Below are positions 56,205 through 64,000 of a DNA stretch of 64,000 bases, one piece after another (the stretch's first letter is position 1; each line of letters starts with the position of its first letter). The stretch spans positions 4,154,001 through 4,218,000 of the forward strand of contig NW_026889752.1 of assembly GCF_033153115.1 (NCBI RefSeq), given 5' to 3'. The translations under genes were made by a program, and so were the position numbers. The notes beneath the pieces were generated by a model. That model did not search any database, was not told the origin of the DNA, and saw only the letters and a program-made list of their open reading frames with translations. The DNA is from Saccostrea echinata. Its lineage: Eukaryota.

Positions 56205-56390
56205 TCTGCCTACCTGATCAATACATACGGCTAACGGCGGGTGTGACCGGTCAACGGGGGATGCTTAGTCCTCCTAGGCACCTGATCCCACCTCTGGAAT
56301 TTCCAGGGGTCCGTGTTTTATGCCCTCTTCACATATTTGTATTGTTTATAGATTTTTTGAGATCTATATTGTTCGTTTTCTTCACCTTTT
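56205..56390 (+). mobile_element. 3'UTR fragment of the Penelope-like family seen at 27170-27803
   Basis: GGGTGTGACCGGTC..GGGGATGCTT..CTCCTAGGCACCTGATCCCACCTCTG is the reverse complement of the 27250-27330 motif. Confidence 0.7.
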
Positions 56391-56619
56391 ACATTCCTTT
56401 AAGCCTTGATTAAAGACGACTTATAGGTGCTTAATGATGGCTCAAAGGTCGTCTTTTAAATCAAACTCCTTATTTGTTCATGAAACATACATAATTCTTA
56501 ACGTAAGAATAGAATTCAGATTTAAGTTGATGTGGGGAAAAGGGTACAATGATTCTCTCTTTTGAAGCTCCAGCTGGGTAAATATTTTTCTAATTATATC
56601 CACTAAATATTATCTCCAT

Positions 56620-57050
56620 TATTGTGTCGCCTGCAGAGACTAAGGGATCACTTTACCCGGCGTCTGTTTGTCTACCTGTCCGTCTGTCACACCCTATATC
56701 TCAAGAACTGTAAGAGGTATGAATTTGATATTTTGCACATATATTGCTTGGCACTATGGCTTTTGTAAATTATCATGGTTACTTACCTCATGTCCTTTGA
56801 CCTTTGACCTACTTTTCAAAATAGCTCATAGGGCCGATTTACAGCATATTTTTGACATTTAAGAGGTAAGTCTATGCTATTTAGCATGTGCACTGTTTGT
56901 CATTAGAAAATATGAAAAATACCAGCATTACAATCCACTTGACCTTGACCTTTGACCTACTTTGCAAAAAAAATATCTCGGGCAGTTTAATTAAACTTAT
57001 GAATTTTGAATTTTGAGAGGCAGGGTTTAGATATTCAGCATTTATATATG
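56620..57050 (+). mobile_element. Helentron-type non-autonomous element fragment
   Basis: Degenerate GTCT/GTCC microsatellite followed by repeats containing TGACCTTTGACCTACTTT. Confidence 0.55.
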
Positions 57051-58030
57051 TTTATGAGCTCATGATAGTGTATTTTGAAACCGTATGATATTCAGTTATC
57101 AGACAAACTTGTGTTTTTAAATACTACGAAAATACATCGGGATCGGTATTCCACAATGGATCGTGTAGAGAATTTCAGTAAAAACTAAAATCTCTTTTGA
57201 ATGATTATTAAAAACACGTTTAGCTCATGCAAAAGTACTTTGAAAGTGTACGTTGTTACCGTCTTCCTTGGAAGACGGTATACAGAGTTGAAGTATTTTA
57301 CAGTCTTCGGACTTTGCACTTCCTCTCTTTTGTGATTGATAGAAAATGCATGAAGTGAAAATTTTCAATTATTTCATTGGTTGAAATGATTATGACACCC
57401 CTTTCGTAGTGAAAAGGTCCACAGAAGTACTTGGTGGGAAAACTCTGCAAAGAGAGGGTAGAGGAGTCAAATGCCAGTTGCTATAGTAAAGCGTAGAAAA
57501 CCACTCTAGTATACATAAATATGAGTCAAAGCGAACTAATTTAGGGAAGAAAATGAACAGAAAAAGTTGTTGAAATCATTGAATCAATTTATTCCTGTCC
57601 ATAATGATATAATGTATTGTTATTTTAAAAATTGAGAGAAAATTTGCAGTTAAAAAAATCTGACGCTTAACAATCAGGTTAAAAGAACAAACTTTATTTA
57701 TTTCCATAGACATTATCTCAGCCATACAACAGAAGAAAAAAAAGGCGCGACGTGTGACATTTGGCGCGAAATGATTATGACACCCCTTTCGTAGAAGACA
57801 GTAGTTTAGAAACGCGGAGAAACTGTTACACGGACATGTCCATATTTAAAGAATCGCAAAGAATAAACAGGTGCATGTGGAAAAAAAAAAAAAAAACTGA
57901 AGGAAGTAAACACATCATTATTTTGCATCATTGATATAATTCTTTCTTTTGCAATGTGTACTTATTAAAATGCAGGTAACAAATTCCGGTGTAAATCAGC
58001 TTGCACAAAATCTAGCTCACTTAATTATAC

Positions 58031-58065
58031 TGCCTGACGCTCGTGGCGTCAGGCAATAAAACTAG
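58031..58065 (+). mobile_element. Helitron 3' terminus
   Basis: Perfect 10-bp stem TGCCTGACGC-tcgtg-GCGTCAGGCA, then 6 nt, then CTAG followed by T. The 5' end was not located. Confidence 0.7.
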
Positions 58066-58129
58066 TATATTATATTAATTCTTTTTTTTAACCCCAATAC
58101 TGCAGATATTTCTGAAATATCAGGCCCGT

Positions 58130-59256
58130 GGTCAGTCATTCTACGATAAATGGACCAATTCAGAGTAAAAAACATGAAAAAAATAATTGTTTCAAATAGC
58201 AAAATGAACATCATAATTTTCTTAAGGACATATCAGTGAACTGGAAAACAAAGAATTGTCCACAAATCTGGTATCGTTAACTTTTTACAACAATTTCAAG
58301 ATACCATTGATTTTAATTTAATGTTACGGAAGTTAATGCTTGATCAAGCCTTATCATTTTTTAAATAAAGCTGAATTTCACCAATTTTTCGTTTCTGATG
58401 TTCAGCAGAGAACGCTGAAGTATGATTTATGAAGTCTCGCATGAATCCGAATTTAAATTAAATTTTTGGGAAAAATATCGTTACGGAAGTTAATCGTTAC
58501 GGAAGTTAATTCCCAGCAATAAAAGTTAAAATTCTCTTCAATAGTGAAAATCAAAGTTTGTTTTAGGATATTAAACAGAAGTATAAAGCATTTCGCTCCC
58601 AAAATAATAAAAAAAATTGTACTATTAATGCACAAACTTTCATGAATCACCGTTACGGAAGTTAAAATTTTAAGAGAGACAACTGTTTTTGTCTTATTCA
58701 TTTTGTTATGCCGAAAATGTAATCGTCTAAAATAGCTGACTCGCAACTAGAATTGATGATATCAGGTTCCATGGTCACTTTCAGATAAGTTTCAGTTCTT
58801 TTTGAAATCTGCATTCTATGCGTGAAATTTAAAATAAAATCGTTACGGAAGTTAATCGATTTTTAGCGACATGCTTATGAATTCGCATGAAAGGAGATCT
58901 ATGCATTTCTTTGCGAGAAATAGTTTGATTTCTTTTTATATAGCATAAAGGACATTTTTTAACATTCATTGCAATCTATTCGGAACGATTTTACGGCTGA
59001 AAATTTCATCTTGAAATTTATAAATAAATGAAGCGACATCAAGATTTGCAGTGGAATACGTGTTTCAACGTTACATTATGTTCATATCAAAACTTTAACT
59101 GCATATATATCGGTGAATATTTACAAAACCATGTGTGTATGTTAAGTCTTAGAGTTGAAATCGACCTTTAAATTTATAGTTAAAATATTACAACGGTAAA
59201 TTTGTAAGCGACATAAAAAATTCTTAATTGGTCATGTTTTTGTAGAATGACTGCTC
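58130..59256. mobile_element. Non-autonomous TIR DNA transposon (~1.1 kb)
   Basis: CAGTCATTCTAC..GACCAATT is mirrored by AATTGGTC..GTAGAATGACTG. Five internal GTTACGGAAGTTAA repeats. Confidence 0.75.
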
Positions 59257-59350
59257 GAGAACGGTTTCAAAAGGGGGCGGACATCCAAAAAAAAAAAAAA
59301 AAAAAAAAAAAATGTAACAAGCAAAAAAAAAAAAAAACAAAAACAAAAAC

Positions 59351-62300
59351 AACTAGATGAGATCTCGTTGCGAGCAACGAGTGGGTCTTCCGTCCGATTT
59401 TTGATAAGATGAGATAAGAATTTGACTGAGATTTTCGTTCAAATATAATGATAAAAATAAATTGTTAAGACGAACAATTTTGCTTTAATAATGTTTTACA
59501 AAATATTGATCATTAAAGGAATATAGATTAAAGACTTTCGCCCCTTCTTGTGAGAGGTCAGCCCCTTTTTCTTGATATCATTTTAAAGCTCTCATGATTT
59601 TGAACACTTCTTGTTCAACAACTAGTCAGAAATTCTTTTTTTGTTTTCGGGATATATGCAAAAGAAATATTAAAGGCCGGCCCTTCAAGTCCTAAATGGG
59701 GACGTCTAGCAAAAATTGAAAGAGTGCATATTGTTCAGAATATTATTTTGATCGTCTTTTGTTCAATACTGTTTATCAAAATATTCTTCCTTTTCGAGAT
59801 ATATTGCGCCATAGATTATGCAATCTGGCCCCCGTAAGACCCCTTACTGCGTAATATATGATATCAACATCATGTTATTTAGATAAAGTGTGTGAAGAAG
59901 TACTATTTCGCTTCAGTAATATATTACAAAATATTGATCATTAAAGAGTTATTGATTGTATACTCTCAGCCCCTTATTTAATGGGTGAGACCCTTTTCCT
60001 TGATATCACCTTAAAGCTCTCATGATTTTGAACACTTTCTGTTCAAGAATTATTAAAAAATTCTTTTTCGTTTCCGAGATATATCCCAAGGATATATTTG
60101 GGGGCCGGCCCTTCAACTCCTTAATGGGGACGTTTAGAAAAAATCAAAAGGTTGCATATTGTTTAGAACATTATTTTGAATAACTTTTGTTCAATATTGC
60201 TTATCAAAATATTTCCCACTTTTGAGATATAAAGCGTCAAAGATTTAGCATTCTTGCCCCTTATGGCCCCTAATTATGTAAATATGATGTGAATATCATA
60301 ATATATAGTTGTGAATTGTTGAGATAAACATTTTTGCTTCAGTAATGCATTACAAAATATTGATCGTTAAAGAGTTATTGTTCAAAGACTTTCGGCCCCT
60401 CTCCGCCCCTATTTTGAGGGGCCAGCCTCTTTTTCTTCATATCACTTTAAAATTCTCATGATTTTGAACACTTTTTGTTCAACAACTAGTCAGAAATTCT
60501 TTTTCGTTTCTGAGATATTTGCAAAGGAAGTATTTAGGGGTCGGCCCTTCAACTCCTTAATGGGGACGTTTAGCAGAATATGAAGGTTACATACTGTTTA
60601 GAACATTATTTTGAACATCTTTTGTTCAATATTGCTTATCAAAATATTTCCCACTTTTGAGATATAAAGCGTCAAAGATTTAGCATTCTGACCCCTTATG
60701 ACCCTTGATTATGTAACATATGATGTGAATAATATAATATATAGTTGTAAATTGTTGAGATAAACATTTTTGCTTCAGTAATGCATTACAAAATATTGAT
60801 CGTTAAAGAGTTATTGTTCAAAGACTTTCGGCCCCTCTCCGCCCCTATTTTGAGGGGCCAGCCTCTTTTTCTTCATATCACTTTAAAATTCTCGTGATTT
60901 TGAACACTTTTTGTTCAACAACTACTCAGAAATTCTTTTTCGTTTCTGAGATATTTGCAAAGGAAGTATTTAGGGGTCGGCCCTTCAACTCCTTAATGGG
61001 GACGTTTAGCAGAATATGAAGGTTACATACTGTTTAGAACATTATTTTGAACATCTTTTGTTCAATATTGCTTATCAAAATATTTCCCACTTTTGAGATA
61101 TAAAGCGTCAAAGATTTAGCATTCTGACCCCTTATGACCCTTGATTATGTAACATATGATGTGAATAATATAATATATAGTTGTGAATTGTTGAGATAAA
61201 CATTTTTGCTTCAGTAATGCATTACAAAATATTGATCGTTAAAGAGTTATTGTTCAAAGACTTTCGGCCCCTCTCAGCCCCTATTTTGAGGGGCCAGCCC
61301 CTTTTTCTTCATATCACTTTAAAGCTCTCGTGATTTTGAACACTTTTTGCTCAACAACTACTCAGAAATTCTTTTTCGTTTCTGAGATATTTGCAAAGGG
61401 AGTATTTAGGGGCTGGCCCTTTAACTCCTTAATGGGGACGTTTAGAGAAAAATGAAATGTTGCATATTGTTTAGAACATTATTTTGAACATCTTTTCTTC
61501 AATATTGCTTATCAAAATATTTCCCACTTTTGAAATATAAAGCGTCAAAGATTTTGCATTCTGGCCCCTAATGGCCCCTAATTATGTAACATATGATGTA
61601 AATATTATAATATATAGTTGTAAATTGTTGAGTTAAACATTTTTGCTTCAGTAATGCATTACAAAATTTTGATCGTTAAAGAGCTATTGACTAAAGACTT
61701 TCGGCCCCTCTCGGCCCCTAATGTGATGAGTCAGCCCTTTTTCCATGAAATCATATAAAAGATCTTGTAATTCTACACAATTTCTATTCAATATGTTTTC
61801 AGAAAATCTCTATAGTTTTAGAGATATTAAAAAAAATGTCTCGAAAATTCACTCCTGATTCATGTCCTAAATTTCGACCCCTACCGAGCTTCCATACTAG
61901 GTACTTCCGGAAAATTTGAAAACTCAGGTGCAAAACTTCAACATGTCGTCTATAACCGCTGAAAATTTCAGCGCTCTAGCTTTTGCCGTTTTTTAGTTTT
62001 TGAGTCGACAAAATGGTTATCTGAAAATCGATTAAAGGGCGATAACTTCCGACCGGAAGTGAATTTTAAGGATTTGAACAAAAAAGGATCATCTTCAGAT
62101 CAAATGGCATTACCCCTGAAAATTTCATGAAAATCGATCGAACCGTTTGCGAGATATCTTCTGCACAAAAATTGTAAAGAAAAAGTGGAATAATAATAAT
62201 AATAACTAGATGGTTCTCGTTGCGAGCAACGAGTGGGTCTTCCGTAAGATTTTGGATAAGATTAGTCAAGATCTTGACTGAGATATTCATCTGTAAAAAG

Positions 62301-64000
62301 CGAAAGGATGCATATTGTTTAAAACATTATTCTGCACATCTTTTGTTCAACATTGCTCATCAAAATATATCCCCTTTTCGAGATATAAAGCGTCAAAGAT
62401 TTAGCATTCTGGCCCCTTATAGCCTTTATTACGTAACATATGATCAAAATTTTATAATAGATAGTTGCAGATTGTTAAGATAAGCATTTTTCCTTCAGTA
62501 ATTTATAACAAAATATTGATCATTAAAGAATTATAGATGAAAGACTTTTGGCCCTTCTGAGCCCCTAATTTGAGGGGTCAGCCCCTTTTTCTTGATATCA
62601 AATAAAAGGTCTTGTGATTTTGAAGACTTTTTGTTCAACAACTATTCAGAAATTTCCTTTCGTTTAAGACATATATAGAATAACAATATTTAGGGGCCAG
62701 CCCTCCAAGTCCTTAATGGGGATGTCTTGCAAAAATTATAAGGGTGTATATTGTTTAGAACATTATTCTGAACATCTTTTGTTCAATATTGCTTATCAAA
62801 ATATTTCCCCTTTTCGAGATATAATGGGTCAAAGATTTAGCATTCTGGCCCCTTATGGCCCCTTATTACGTAACATATGATCAAAATTTTATTATATATA
62901 GTTGCAGAATGTTAAGATAAACATTTTTGTTTCAATAACTTATAACAAAATATTCATCATTAAAGAGTTATAGATGAAAGACTTTTGGCCCCTCTGAGCC
63001 CCTAATTTGAGGGGTCAGCCCCTTTTTCTTGATATCACATAAAAGGTCTTGTAATTTTGAAGACTTTCTGTTCAACAACTATTCAGAAATTTCCTTTCCT
63101 TTAAGAGATATGTAGACTTGAAATATTAAGGGGCCGTCCCTTTAAGTCCTTATAGGGGCTGTTTAGGAAAAATTAAAAGGATGAACATTGTTGAGAACAT
63201 CATTTTAAACAACTTTTGTTCAATATTCTTTTTCAAAATGTTTCCCCTTTTCGAGATATAAATCGTCAAAGATTAAGCATTCTGGCCCCTTATGGCCCCT
63301 AATTATGTAACATATGACAAAAATATTATAACATATAGCTGTAAATTGTTAAGATAAACATTTTTGCTTCAGTAATGTATACCAAAATATTGATCGTTAA
63401 AGAGTAATTGATTTAATACTTTCGGCCCCTCTCGGCCCCTAATATGATAAGACAGCCCTTTTTTCTTGATATCGTATTAAAGATCTTGTCATTCTGCACA
63501 AATATTGTTCAGTATGTTTTAACAAAATAATTATACTTTAAAAGATATGATACAAAATGTCTCAAAAATTCATTCATGATTCATGTCCTAAATTTCGACC
63601 CCTACCGAGGTTCCATACTAGGCACTTCCGGAAAATATCTAAACCCAGGTGCATAATGGCAACATGTCCTCTATCATCACTGAAAATTTCAGCGCTCTAG
63701 CTTAAGCCGTTTTTGAGTTCCATCGCAGACAAGGAGGTCCTCTGAATTTTAATAAAAGGGCGATAACTTCCGACCGGAAGTGATTTTTCAAATTTTGAAT
63801 TGCCGGTACAAACTTCAGATGATAAGACATAAACTCTGAAAATTTGAAGTAAATCGATCAATTCATCTCCGAGAAATCTTCTGCACAAAATCGGTAAGGA
63901 GAAAAAAAAGAAGAATAACTAGATGCGATCTCGTTGCGAGCAACGAGTGGGTCTTCCGTCCGATTTTTGATAAGATGTGATAAGAATTTGACTGAGACTT
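59351..64000. mobile_element. Three head-to-tail Helentron-type non-autonomous elements carrying internal satellite arrays (436-437 bp monomer)
   Basis: Each element starts AACTAGATG..CTCGTTGCGAGCAACGAGTGGGTCTTCCGT (59351, 62204, 63917). A monomer landmark recurs at 60361, 60797, 61233 and 61670. The two complete copies share a ~350-bp end box and an AAT/AAG microsatellite. Confidence 0.85.

Overview
Eukaryotic, AT-rich and repeat-dense DNA. The repeat families (tRNA-headed SINEs, Helentron-type satellite carriers, Penelope-like fragments) suggest a bivalve mollusc, probably an oyster (inference). The core is a minus-strand immune cluster with three single-cysteine-cluster Toll-like receptor genes whose CDSs lack introns: TLR-1 10030-12720 (intact), TLR-2 20513-23164 (disrupted, near-identical copy of TLR-1) and TLR-3 40249-42927 (intact, diverged). 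These alternate with a family of tiny secreted cysteine-rich peptide genes that the ORF track misses or mis-starts. Peptide B (18799-18960) ends WYCCRKNKVECLEWCR*, peptide C (52283-52435) ends WYCCRRNTEECLEWCR*, and copy A (8360-8457) is truncated by a repeat. The 16-residue core is 13/16 identical between B and C with many synonymous changes, while the signal and pro regions are unrelated. That pattern fits a conserved ligand-like peptide genetically linked to TLRs. In the recent tandem duplicate (offset about 10.5 kb), one unit kept the TLR and lost the peptide, and the other did the reverse. A complete, very young BEL/Pao LTR retrotransposon (44776-51898, 500-bp LTRs identical by eye, ATTGA TSD, no tRNA primer-binding site) separates peptide C from TLR-3. 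The remainder is transposon debris: a Sola3-like remnant, SINEs, MITEs, Penelope-like ends with hammerhead ribozymes, a Helitron end and Helentron-type arrays with a 436-437 bp monomer. There is a 154-N assembly gap at 31196-31349. Gene models and family assignments were made by eye, with no database searches.
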